Origin: an uncultured Acidobacteriota bacterium
GTDB taxonomy: Bacteria > Acidobacteriota > Terriglobia > UBA7540
Assembly (NCBI GenBank): GCA_963804995.1
Contig: CAWDSK010000006.1
Span: 160,001 to 224,000 of the forward strand
Reading direction: 5' to 3'
DNA: 64,000 bases
Shown: positions 39,218-48,926 of the stretch, one piece after another
Layout of the letters: each line of letters begins with the position of its first letter
Position numbering within the stretch: the first letter of the stretch is position 1
Translations under genes and position numbers: made by a program
The notes under the pieces: model-generated
Database searches by the model: none
Seen by the model: only the letters and a program-made list of their open reading frames with translations
Told to the model about the DNA's origin: nothing

Positions 39218-39294
39218 GCGCCTGTAGCTCAGATGGATAGAGCGGCAGACTTCGAATCTGTAGGTCGGGAGTTCGAGCCTCCCCAGGCGCGCCA
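39218..39294 (+). tRNA. tRNA-Arg(UCG)
   Basis: Cloverleaf with GCGCCTG/CAGGCGC acceptor stem, loop CT-TCG-AA (anticodon 39252-39254), TTCGA, encoded CCA. Confidence 0.97.
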
Positions 39295-39399
39295 GCTAAC
39301 CCTTGGCTTCAGTTATAGTTAGAGCCTGGCATCCCACCCCACCCCCAGCGCTCGGTTCATCGCACTGACCACCGTCCGTGACCAATTCCTGCCATTTGT

Positions 39400-41553
39400 T
39401 CACACTCCGCTCTTCAAATCTCGCACCGCGGCGCGCACCTTGGGAATCAGTGCGCCGTAATCCTGGGGGGAAGCCTTCTCGAGGAACTGCTGGTAATAGC
39501 GCAGCGCCAAGTCCTTGTTGCCGGCCTTGTCAAAGAGCACGCCGAGGTTCATGAGCGGCTCGACCTCTTCCGGGTCAACCTCGATAGCCTTTTCGAAATC
39601 CCGCCGAGCCGCATCAGCGTCACCGCGCTGAATAGCCACAAGTCCCAAACCATTGTACGCCGCGGAGTAGCGGTCGTCCTGGACGGTGATGCTTTTGAAG
39701 GTTCTTTCCGCATCCTCAACCCGCCCGAGTTGCAGGAGCGCGGTGCCGAGGTTGCGCAGGTTGTCGAGGTCAGTGGGATTAATCCGGCTCGCCCCTTCCA
39801 TGGCCTCGGCGCCCTTGGGGAGATCGCCCATCCGCAGGTAGGCTTTGCCCAATCGCGAAAGGAGATCGTCCGTGGCGACTCCAATGTCGATGGCGCCGCG
39901 GTAAGTTGCGATGGCACGCGGCCAGTCGCGCATCCGCTCGTACGCCCGCCCCAGATAGAGGCGTGCCAGGGGATTGGCCGGGTCGGCAGGGATGGCTGCC
40001 TCCATCACGCGCGCTGCCTGGGCATACGCCTGCGCCTTCATGGCGCGATCATACTGCTGCATGGCGAGCAGGATGGAAACGCGGTCCTTGGGATCCGCAG
40101 CGTTGCCATTGAGGACAATCTCTCGCGGCGTGCCGGCGCTGACGTAGCCCAGCGACTCGAGCTCTTGCCGGGTCTCTTTGTTGAGAGGAACGTAAGTGAC
40201 TTTCTGATCTTGCGAGGGGGGGCCGATAACTTCCCATATCTTCCTCTGTAAGTGGTCAGCCTCAACGGGGTGGTGGGCGATGACGTTTTCCTTTTCACCC
40301 GGATCACGCTCCAAATCGTAAAGTTCGGGGTGAGGAGCGAGGACAAACTTCCACTTGTCAGTGCGCATGCCCCGCAGCTCAGACCAGTTCATGTAGGTGC
40401 GCGGATACAGAGTCTCGATGTAAGCGTAATTCGAACCCTTGCCCACGGCGGGTTGGCCATGCTCGATAAGCGGCCAGAGGGTCACTCCCTGGGCCGCCGG
40501 GTTGGGAGCGAGTCGCAGAAACTCCGCCGTCGTGGGGAGCAAGTCGATAGAACGGACTTGCGGCTCAATTACCAGGCCAGCCGGGACCCCGGGGCCGGCA
40601 ACGATCAAGGGCACGTGCAGGGTGTCATCGTAAATGAAGATGCCATGGGTCGCCTCGCCATGATCATTCAGGCCCTCGCCATGATCTCCAATAACGATCA
40701 CCAACGTCCGCTCGCGCAAATTCTGCTGGGCCAGGAAATCGAATAGGCGGCCGACCTGCCCGTCGGTGTAGGCAATCTCGCCCGAGTAGGGATCGTTCGC
40801 GTACTGGTGCTTGTAAGGCTCAGGTGGGTCGTAGGGCTCATGCGCGTCGTAGTAGTGAACCCAGAGGAAAAAATTCTCGTGACCGTGCTGTTTCAGCCAG
40901 TCGAGCGCGTGGTCGGTGGTGACTTGCGCGCGGCGCTCAGGGAAGACCCCCGGCAACTGGCCTTCCGCGCCTCGCGTGGGCATCTGGTCGTCATAAACGT
41001 CGAATCCCTGCTGAAGCCCAAAGTGGCGCCCCACGGCCTTCGAGCCCACAAACGCTGCAGTAAGGAAGCCTGCCTGTTTCGCCATGGTGGCCAGCGTCAC
41101 GTGGCGCGGATCGAGCACGAAACCGCCCATGTCGCGCAGGCCGTGAACTTCCGGGTAGGTCCCCGTAAACATACAGGCGTGGGAAGGAAGCGTGAGCGGG
41201 ATCTGCGCGGTGGCATGTGCGAAGCGTGCGCCGCGCGCCGCCAGCGCGTCCAGGTTGGGAGTCTTTGCGCTTCTGAAACCGTTCTTAAGAGGCGATGCCC
41301 TCATCGCCGCCCCGGGAGCAGAGGGCGTGGCTGCAGACGCTGAGGCGTAACAACTCAAGTGGTCGGCCCGTGTGGTGTCAAGCGTGATAAAGAGCACGCT
41401 CGCGTCCCGGGGCCTTACCTGAACCGTCTCCTGCCTGGTCGTTCGCCCGCAGCCACAGAAGGCCAAACTCAGAATCAGCAGCGCCGCGACCCCAAGAATC
41501 CGAGGAGCCGTGCGGAAAGCTGTCGACTTTCGAGTCGTCTTACACATCGCCAT
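39400..41553 (-). CDS. Sulfatase-like hydrolase + TPR repeats, probable lipoprotein
   Basis: ITLDTTRADH, TLPSHACMFTG, GDHGE; C-terminal TPRs; LAFCGC. Confidence 0.88.
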   Translation of the reverse strand: MAMCKTTRKSTAFRTAPRILGVAALLILSLAFCGCGRTTRQETVQVRPRDASVLFITLDTTRADHLSCYASASAATPSAPGAAMRASPLKNGFRSAKTPNLDALAARGARFAHATAQIPLTLPSHACMFTGTYPEVHGLRDMGGFVLDPRHVTLATMAKQAGFLTAAFVGSKAVGRHFGLQQGFDVYDDQMPTRGAEGQLPGVFPERRAQVTTDHALDWLKQHGHENFFLWVHYYDAHEPYDPPEPYKHQYANDPYSGEIAYTDGQVGRLFDFLAQQNLRERTLVIVIGDHGEGLNDHGEATHGIFIYDDTLHVPLIVAGPGVPAGLVIEPQVRSIDLLPTTAEFLRLAPNPAAQGVTLWPLIEHGQPAVGKGSNYAYIETLYPRTYMNWSELRGMRTDKWKFVLAPHPELYDLERDPGEKENVIAHHPVEADHLQRKIWEVIGPPSQDQKVTYVPLNKETRQELESLGYVSAGTPREIVLNGNAADPKDRVSILLAMQQYDRAMKAQAYAQAARVMEAAIPADPANPLARLYLGRAYERMRDWPRAIATYRGAIDIGVATDDLLSRLGKAYLRMGDLPKGAEAMEGASRINPTDLDNLRNLGTALLQLGRVEDAERTFKSITVQDDRYSAAYNGLGLVAIQRGDADAARRDFEKAIEVDPEEVEPLMNLGVLFDKAGNKDLALRYYQQFLEKASPQDYGALIPKVRAAVRDLKSGV

Positions 41554-41573
41554 GACTCTACCTCATCCCGCGG

Positions 41574-41605
41574 AAAAAAGCGCGGCCCGCCGCAGGGCGG
41601 GCCGC
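41574..41605 (-). terminator. Intrinsic terminator after the TonB-dependent receptor
   Basis: 10-bp stem GCGGCCCGCC/GGCGGGCCGC followed by T6 on the minus strand. Confidence 0.8.
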
Positions 41606-41640
41606 AACCACCAAGAAGGAGCGTTCCTATAGCCCCTTCG

Positions 41641-44600
41641 TCAGAATTCGAAGCGGGCCGAAACCATGATATTACGCGGGCCATGAGCTACGTCAAGGAT
41701 GCTGCCGAACGTGCTATCTGACAGATCATTATCTGGGTCAGCCAGCCCGGTCCGGTTGAACACGTTGAAGAAATCGGCTCGAATCAGGAATTTATAACGT
41801 TCCGTTAGCCTTATATCCTTTAGGAGTCCGAAGTCTTCGTTCTGATAGCCGGGTCCGCGCACATTCAAGTATCGTGGCGAGGTGCCTGGCCGCAGAGCAT
41901 ACGTACCGCTATCGGAGAGCGGCGGATCGGAGAAGGCCGCAAGGTTTAGGTACGGGGTGCCGTTATCAGGATCCAGAGGCCCCTTGAAAGGAACCCGAGG
42001 ATTGACCCCGGAGAGGAGATCAAGCCGTGTCGGTCCCCCGCCGATATCACTGCTGAGAGCAGAGTCATAGACCTGGATAGGATTGCCGGAGCGATATTGC
42101 TGGATGGCGGTGACTTTCCATCCCCCTACCAGGTGATTCCACTTTCCGGCACTGCCCAGCCACCTCTTGCCATTGCCAAAGGGAAGATCGTAAATCCAGG
42201 TGAGTTTCAGGTAATGACGGTAATCAAATGAGGCAATGGATTTCTCCAGCCTGGGGTTGTTATAGTCCTGGCCCATGTAATTGTAACCGCTATAGCCATA
42301 CAGTGCGGCGTCGGTATTGCTGAGCGTCTTCGAGTAAGTATATGAGGCGATGAAGTTCAGCCCGTGCCCCGCCCGCTTGCGCACCGTGGTCTGGAGAGCG
42401 TGATAGCTGGAGTCGCCGAAATTGGGGAAGTTGTTGATGATGCCCGAGAATTGCGGGTAGCGAAGGATGGCTTGGCTGACACTGTTTCCCCCGTCGAAAC
42501 TGGGGAAGGGCTTTTGGGTAATGCCAAAGGCGGCGAGTTGTGCGGAGGCCACCGGATCCGCCATGGCATCGTCCCACCCCATGTCGACGGTGTCACCGAG
42601 CGCCATCAACTTGACGGGCGCCTGGTTATAGTGCTGACCAAGGTCCTTGGCCATCAGGTGAGTCCCTTTGGTCCCCACGTAGTCCGCTTCCAGGAGGATG
42701 TCCCCGGGAAGCATGTACTGCAATCCGAAGTTCCAATTCTGCACGTAGGGTTGTGCGATGGAGTGGGTCCACATACCGACGCCCAAATAGTTTTGACCGT
42801 CGGGTGTTTGGTTAGGCAAGGTTCCGAGGAAGGCCGGGACACCCACCTGGACGCCTTGGAGACTTGCCCCGCCTTGCAGGCCACTCAGGTATATCGCGGG
42901 GACATCAATATTGTTCCCGAACTGCCGCCGATAAAGCGATCTGCTCGCGAAAGCAATGCTGCTATTGAATCCGGCGTCCGCTCCCGGGAAGCCGTTCATG
43001 ATCGGAGGTGAGTAGGAGATTCCATAGCCCCCGCGAATCACGATTTTCTGTACGGGGTTATAGGCAAACCCCAAGCGCGGCCCGAATTCGCCATAATAAG
43101 TGTTCCCGAAGGAATTGGTCTTGGTACAGGTTGGGCAATTCCCCAGGAAGGCCATGGCCCCCAGCGTGTTGTCAGCACCGGGGTTCGCGAGGTTTGGATC
43201 GAAGCTGGACATTCGGTTGTAGACTTCCGTGGTGGGCGTGGGGATATCCCAGCGCAGCCCATAATTGAGCGTTAATTTCGGGGTGAGTCGCCAATCGTCC
43301 TGCGCGTAGACTGTCCACAGGAACTGGCGCCAGCCCGGGGTTGTAGTATCGACGGCCCGGCTGCCGCCATCGACCGCGCCCATAATGAAACTGGCGAAGG
43401 GCATTCCCGTCTTCCGATCAAATGTGCCGGGGAGTCCGGTCTCCCGTTCACTAAAGTTGAAGGTCCCCGATACATTTCCCATGTAATTGTCGTTCATCCG
43501 GTAGCGAATGACCTCCCCGCCGAACTTGAAGCTGTGCTTGCCCCGGACGTGGCTCAGGGTGTCGGAAAGGATGAAACTCTCTTCCGCGCGCCATTCCGGG
43601 GAACCGTAACGTCCCCATGCCTTCAGCAGGTTGCCCTTATTGGTGGGGAAGCCGATTCCTATCAAACCGCCTATGTCGAGCAGTCCAGTGATACCCAGCT
43701 TGCTGGGGACGAAAGCTGATACATCGCCCGGCGGCTCGCCATTCATGTTGCCAAAACGGTTATATCCGAAGCCGATGTGGTTGAGGGTGCTTCCGCTGAT
43801 GGACCAGTCCTCCGACAGCCGGAAGATTCTTGCCGGAATCTCTTGAATCTTCGTCTGGTCCAGGGGAATCCCGGGCAGAGGAAGATAATATCCTGTTGCG
43901 CCCAGCATACGATCCCGGTAGCTGTAGGTGAAGAAGGCGGAGAGCTTGTTCTTGTCGTTGATCACCTGATCGATCTTGGTGCTGATCTTGGTGGAGTACA
44001 GGGTTGGAGCGCCACTGAGCCCCTCGATGTTATTTATGAGATTGTTGTTGATAGGAGTGGGAAAGTGCGGCAGGAGTATCGAGGATGCGGTACTCCATTT
44101 GTCTTTGGGGATAATGTTCGCGTCCCCCGTGGGCAAGCCGGTTACCGGATCGAAGCCAAAGGCGTCGCGCACCAGGACCCCGCCTACATAACGGGTTGTC
44201 GTGGGGTCATAAATCTCATTTTTGTAGACCGGCCGACCCAACGCGTCCGTGCCGATCTGGCTGCCAAGGACTGCACTGAAATCCCCGTTGTCGCGCATGG
44301 CCACGGTGGGTGCTGTCTTATAACTTTTGGGGGTCCCGGCCCGGCGCCGATCACCCTCATAGGCAAAAAAGAAAAAGCTCCTGTTCTTCTTGATGGGCCC
44401 GCCAATCGCGCCGCCGAAGTTGTTCTCGCGGGTCGGCGCCTTCATCTTCCACGGACTGCCTTCCGGAAGTTTGTTGATGTCGTAGCCCGCGGCATTGAAA
44501 ACGGGATTGGTATTGTACTCGTAAAGTGTCCCATGATATTCGTTAGTGCCTGACTTCATCCCAAAATTCGCCACGCCGCCGCCCGTATTGCCGAATTCCG

Positions 44601-45270
44601 CCGAATAGCTTGACATCTCCACGCGGAATTCGCTGGCCGCATCGGCAGAAGGCGTAATTTCCGAAATGCTGCCCTGCAAATCGTAACGGGCCACCGGCAG
44701 TCCGTCGATCAGGATGTCCGTGGTGAAGTATTGACCGCCGTTGATGGTCCCGGCCCACTCATCACCCGAGGTGCCGGGAAGACTCGCGTAAATGAAACCC
44801 ATCAGTTGGCGCGCGCCGTCGCTGATGGCAAGAGGAAGCGTCGAAAACTCCACGGGAGTTACGCTGTTACCGACCTCCGCGGTGGAGACCGAAAGCAAGG
44901 GCGCTTCCGTAGTCACAGTGACTGATTGAGTTGAGCTGCCAACCTGCAGCGTCATATCAAGAGTCACCACTTGTCCTACCGTAACCACGATGTTCGTCGC
45001 CAGGGAGGCCTTAAAGCCCTCCTTGCGCGCTTCCACTTGGTACTTTCCCGGTGGAACGGGGACGCGGTAGTAACCTGCGCTGGACCCCTTGGCCGCCCAT
45101 TTGAGTCCCGTATCGGCATTGGTAATAGCGATTTCCGATTCCGGTATTACCGCACCGGAGGTATCAAAAATCGACCCAGTCAGTGTCCCCGACTGGACCT
45201 GGGCGCAAATCCATTTAGGCATGAGCAAGAGTCCCAAACAAAGGGCTATGATGCGGAAAGACTTATGCAT
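41641..45270 (-). CDS. TonB-dependent receptor, Oar-like, with carboxypeptidase-regulatory-like N-terminus
   Basis: KSGTNEYHG, YAQDDWRLTPKLTLNYGLRWD, GPRLGFAY, terminal ARFEF. Confidence 0.95.
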   Translation of the reverse strand: MHKSFRIIALCLGLLLMPKWICAQVQSGTLTGSIFDTSGAVIPESEIAITNADTGLKWAAKGSSAGYYRVPVPPGKYQVEARKEGFKASLATNIVVTVGQVVTLDMTLQVGSSTQSVTVTTEAPLLSVSTAEVGNSVTPVEFSTLPLAISDGARQLMGFIYASLPGTSGDEWAGTINGGQYFTTDILIDGLPVARYDLQGSISEITPSADAASEFRVEMSSYSAEFGNTGGGVANFGMKSGTNEYHGTLYEYNTNPVFNAAGYDINKLPEGSPWKMKAPTRENNFGGAIGGPIKKNRSFFFFAYEGDRRRAGTPKSYKTAPTVAMRDNGDFSAVLGSQIGTDALGRPVYKNEIYDPTTTRYVGGVLVRDAFGFDPVTGLPTGDANIIPKDKWSTASSILLPHFPTPINNNLINNIEGLSGAPTLYSTKISTKIDQVINDKNKLSAFFTYSYRDRMLGATGYYLPLPGIPLDQTKIQEIPARIFRLSEDWSISGSTLNHIGFGYNRFGNMNGEPPGDVSAFVPSKLGITGLLDIGGLIGIGFPTNKGNLLKAWGRYGSPEWRAEESFILSDTLSHVRGKHSFKFGGEVIRYRMNDNYMGNVSGTFNFSERETGLPGTFDRKTGMPFASFIMGAVDGGSRAVDTTTPGWRQFLWTVYAQDDWRLTPKLTLNYGLRWDIPTPTTEVYNRMSSFDPNLANPGADNTLGAMAFLGNCPTCTKTNSFGNTYYGEFGPRLGFAYNPVQKIVIRGGYGISYSPPIMNGFPGADAGFNSSIAFASRSLYRRQFGNNIDVPAIYLSGLQGGASLQGVQVGVPAFLGTLPNQTPDGQNYLGVGMWTHSIAQPYVQNWNFGLQYMLPGDILLEADYVGTKGTHLMAKDLGQHYNQAPVKLMALGDTVDMGWDDAMADPVASAQLAAFGITQKPFPSFDGGNSVSQAILRYPQFSGIINNFPNFGDSSYHALQTTVRKRAGHGLNFIASYTYSKTLSNTDAALYGYSGYNYMGQDYNNPRLEKSIASFDYRHYLKLTWIYDLPFGNGKRWLGSAGKWNHLVGGWKVTAIQQYRSGNPIQVYDSALSSDIGGGPTRLDLLSGVNPRVPFKGPLDPDNGTPYLNLAAFSDPPLSDSGTYALRPGTSPRYLNVRGPGYQNEDFGLLKDIRLTERYKFLIRADFFNVFNRTGLADPDNDLSDSTFGSILDVAHGPRNIMVSARFEF

Positions 45271-45776
45271 AGAACTACCTCCTTAGTTCCGTGCTTTCCC
45301 AATCGACGCCTGGAGAGAGTATCGGACACCTCGCGCTGGTGCCCAGAAGAGGAAGCCACTTGAGCCTACTGCCCGCCAACTTTCGAATGCATGCTCGGGC
45401 ATCCCATATTGAAACAAATCGGACTTTCGAATTCTTTCGCAAACCCGCGCACATAATAGGACGCCTTATGTGGCAAGACTGCAAGGCTATTACTGTTACT
45501 TCGGCAGTTAGATGCCCGCCATGGCAGCCATTCATAGCTTTAAACAATTGTTAATAAATAAGTTGTTGTGAAAAAACGCCGGGCTGGATTGGGTGGATTT
45601 TTTCATTCTCGATCTCCACCTATCACGACAAAAAGTTCGTTCATGTAACTACTCTAAAATCAAGTGGCTGGGCTGCACAACGGGGTGGCTCCGACATTCT
45701 TGCGCATGACCAACGGCAGGTCATTAACGTTACAATTTACGGTTATTTGCCAAGCTCAACTTACGCGGGATCACCG

Positions 45777-45805
45777 TTGACTGTTAGCACGGGCGTAGAT
45801 ATAAT
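45777..45805 (+). promoter_or_regulatory. Sigma70-type promoter
   Basis: TTGACT-N17-TATAAT. Confidence 0.7.
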
Positions 45806-45858
45806 CCACGCGCCTATACCTGATTGTGCGGGCTACCCCCTGCTCGCGAGTTCTACCT

Positions 45859-47190
45859 ATGGCATCACGCAACCCTCCCGAATCCGATTCCTTGACACTT
45901 TATGAAAAGCACAATGAATTGAAGCGAGTTCTGGAGAGCAAGTATTTCGCAAAGGCCCCGAAAAAAAGGCGCTTCCTCGAATTTACAAGCGGACAGGTTT
46001 TTCTCGGCGAGGACAACAAGCTGAATGAATACCTGATTGGCGTCGAGGTCTATGAAAGGGGGCAGGATTTTGACCCCCAACAAGACCCGATCGTGCGCGT
46101 GCAAGCGCACGAAATTCGCCGCGCCCTCAAGAATTATTACGAGGAAGAAGGTAAGAACAGTCTGGTCAGGGTGGAACTCCACCCGGGGGATTACGCCCCT
46201 GTCTTTAGGAGAGTCAATCTTGGTCCTGAGGAGTCGGCGCCTCCCCCCCTTCAAGGGGAATCCCCTGTCGCAAACATCAAACGACAGCCTTCCCCATGGC
46301 AGAATACCGTCGTTGTGTTCCTGGGCTTGGCATGTGCCGCCTTGGGATTTCTGTTCATCCACGAGCGCTATCTCTCGCGCCGACCTGCGGAGTTACAGGC
46401 TCTTGCGGCCACCCTGCCGGAGAGCGAGGAATGGTTCTGGAAACCGTTTCTCGTAAACGGAAGCCAGCCTCTGGTTATCGTACCCACCTCTCCCGTGCTC
46501 CGCCTTGGTACGGACGGAGACAGTCCACAAACTCTACGGGAGGGCAATGTTATCCCCAAAAGCAAGATGCCGGAATTTCTCGATACGATCCAATTCCGTG
46601 ATCTGAAGAACTTTACGTTCGTTCCTACAACCACTGACTACACGGGTATTGGGGAAACGCTCGGACTGCTTGCTCTCTCCGAACTCTTTCAAGGCCAGGG
46701 GATGGTGATCCGGGTGAAAACCGGCAGGCTTACAGACTACGCAGAAATTCAGAGTGGCAACACCATCATTCTGGGTGGTGGGAATCCCTGGACGAATCGG
46801 GTGTTCATCAGTTCCCCGGGATTTTCGGTTAGTGGGGGGGCATTCAAAGACAATGCTCCGCGACCCGCGGAGCCCTCCGTGTATGCTCCCAAGTTTGACT
46901 CGGTCACCAACCGCCTGACCCAGGATTATGCTCTGATATTGATGGGGCCCAACCCTACAAAGCAGGAGCGCTTGCTTCTCCTCTATGGGCTGTACACCCA
47001 AGGAACGCAGGCCGCCGCCGAGTACGTGACGAATGTGGAACGACTGGCGGAACTCCGCAAAGCCCTACTTGCAGCCTCACCCGATAAGCAGACCACTCCG
47101 CAATTCTTCGCAGCTCTCCTATCCGTCCCTGTAGAGAATTACGTTCCAGGGGGCGCTTCCTTAGTGACCGTGAGGATCGTCCCAGAGTAA
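45859..47190 (+). CDS. Membrane-anchored putative transcriptional regulator
   Basis: LNEYLIGVEVYER..FDP..DPIVRVQA..IR..L..YY N-terminal domain, one TM helix, periplasmic domain; divergent from the receptor. Confidence 0.75.
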   Translation: MASRNPPESDSLTLYEKHNELKRVLESKYFAKAPKKRRFLEFTSGQVFLGEDNKLNEYLIGVEVYERGQDFDPQQDPIVRVQAHEIRRALKNYYEEEGKNSLVRVELHPGDYAPVFRRVNLGPEESAPPPLQGESPVANIKRQPSPWQNTVVVFLGLACAALGFLFIHERYLSRRPAELQALAATLPESEEWFWKPFLVNGSQPLVIVPTSPVLRLGTDGDSPQTLREGNVIPKSKMPEFLDTIQFRDLKNFTFVPTTTDYTGIGETLGLLALSELFQGQGMVIRVKTGRLTDYAEIQSGNTIILGGGNPWTNRVFISSPGFSVSGGAFKDNAPRPAEPSVYAPKFDSVTNRLTQDYALILMGPNPTKQERLLLLYGLYTQGTQAAAEYVTNVERLAELRKALLAASPDKQTTPQFFAALLSVPVENYVPGGASLVTVRIVPE

Positions 47191-47247
47191 TGGGATCGTG
47201 CGCGCGAGGGTCAAACTCCGCGAAACCAGGCATGCCCCCACCACCGT

Positions 47248-48906
47248 TCACCGCTTCGAAATCAAATCCCCAAAGGCCGGCAGCAACTGGTATTTGTCCT
47301 CCCAGGTGGTGTACATGATGCCGATGGCGCCGCGCGTCTTGCCGAGGGACTCGATCCAGCCCTTGGGATTCTCCAGGTCATCGGCATCATAGTAGGCAGC
47401 GCCCAGAGTCTGGTAACCGAGTTTGGAAAAGAAGTCGAGACTCGGGGTGCGCTTCTCGTAATACCAGCAGGCGATAACCAGGTCTTTCGGAAGGTAATTC
47501 CACGTGCCGTGAAAGCTCCCGTTGATCAAATAGTATTTGTCGCGGGCGTTGTGATTGGGGTCGAACATGTCGGACCAGACGTAGATCTCCGCCTGGGGGT
47601 TGGCCGCGCGGATCATCTGGTGCTGCCGGGTCACACAATCACCAAGGATCTGGGCCATGGAGAGATGCCGGCGCTGGCAGACCTCGCAGAAACCGCCGAC
47701 GCGCACTTCGTCCATGCTGAGGAAGTACTTCTTGGGCGCCAAATACTTTTCGATCAGCGGAATCTGGCGCTGCCACAATTCGTAAACCGCGGGCTCCGAC
47801 ATGTCGATGGGTGTCTGATCGCGATAGATGGTGGTTCCGTGGAAATAGTCAACCCGCAACCCGTCGCCCGCGTGGATTCGGCTGCCGGGCGGGATGGAAA
47901 TCGCCGGCCCTTCGTGGTCCCAACTGAAATTGAGCTGCGGGTCGGAAATGGGGGCGAAGTCCCTGCCCTCCTCGTAAACCATGCCGGTCTTTTCATTGCT
48001 AACCTTCACGGGGGTTCCGGGGCGGCGCAGAACATTCGTGAGGCCCACTTCCTCGATGGCCACGTCATCGATCCAGACCTTGCCTTTCTTCCCGTCCGAA
48101 ACGCCGACGCGAAACTCCACGCGGTCCGCGTACCAACTGTTGAAGCCCCAAGTCAATTCATGCCAATCGCTGGTCTCCGGCAAGGGCGGCTCCATATAGG
48201 AAAGGTGCCGCTGGTCAGGGGCAACGGCAAGTAGATGGATTGCCATGCGGGGTTCTGCGCCTTCGGTCTTCACCCAGGCTCGCAAGCGATAGCAGCGATA
48301 AGGATGCACCGGCAGCGACTGCGCGAGATAGACCTCGCCTTCCGGACCACTGAAATCCTCGAAGCGCGCGGAGGCTTTTCCAGAGTGAAAAACTGTTGTA
48401 TCGATCGTGGCCCGAGCTCCATGCGCGGTGAACCCCGTCGGCAGGTTTTCCGAGTGTTCTTCAAAGCCGCCATTCTTCAGCTTCACGGAGGGGTCCGCCT
48501 GGAATTTCGCCTCGTCCTCTCCCGCCACGAACAGCGCCCCGCGGACAGGTTGACCCGCGGCCAGATTCTTGTCATGCGCCATCACCCCGCCCCCGTAGCC
48601 CACGCCGAACGTCGCGGGGATGATCTCCACACCGAGGTGGTCGGCGGTCCGCTTCAGGCGCGCAATGCGCTCCAGTCGCTCCGCAGGCATCAAGTCCATC
48701 GAGTCGAAGCCGGCCGCAAGCAACATGCCGTTCATGCCATGCTCGCTTGCCGTGCGCGCAATGCCCTCCACGCGCCCGAGCTCTTGATCACTGTCCAGAC
48801 CCGTTGACACATAAACCCAGCGGTCGCGAAACACCTGGGATTGACCCAGCATCACTGCCGTCAATGCAGCAGTGCAACCCAAAAAAAGAATAAGAGTCCG
48901 TTTCAT
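47248..48906 (-). CDS. Secreted putative glycoside hydrolase (GH20-like barrel) with CBM-like insert
   Basis: LKNGGFE, VWIDDV; FLSMDEVR, VWSDM; AGGAGGAG SD. Confidence 0.65.
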   Translation of the reverse strand: MKRTLILFLGCTAALTAVMLGQSQVFRDRWVYVSTGLDSDQELGRVEGIARTASEHGMNGMLLAAGFDSMDLMPAERLERIARLKRTADHLGVEIIPATFGVGYGGGVMAHDKNLAAGQPVRGALFVAGEDEAKFQADPSVKLKNGGFEEHSENLPTGFTAHGARATIDTTVFHSGKASARFEDFSGPEGEVYLAQSLPVHPYRCYRLRAWVKTEGAEPRMAIHLLAVAPDQRHLSYMEPPLPETSDWHELTWGFNSWYADRVEFRVGVSDGKKGKVWIDDVAIEEVGLTNVLRRPGTPVKVSNEKTGMVYEEGRDFAPISDPQLNFSWDHEGPAISIPPGSRIHAGDGLRVDYFHGTTIYRDQTPIDMSEPAVYELWQRQIPLIEKYLAPKKYFLSMDEVRVGGFCEVCQRRHLSMAQILGDCVTRQHQMIRAANPQAEIYVWSDMFDPNHNARDKYYLINGSFHGTWNYLPKDLVIACWYYEKRTPSLDFFSKLGYQTLGAAYYDADDLENPKGWIESLGKTRGAIGIMYTTWEDKYQLLPAFGDLISKR

Positions 48907-48926
48907 ACTAATTCTCCTCCCTACCT

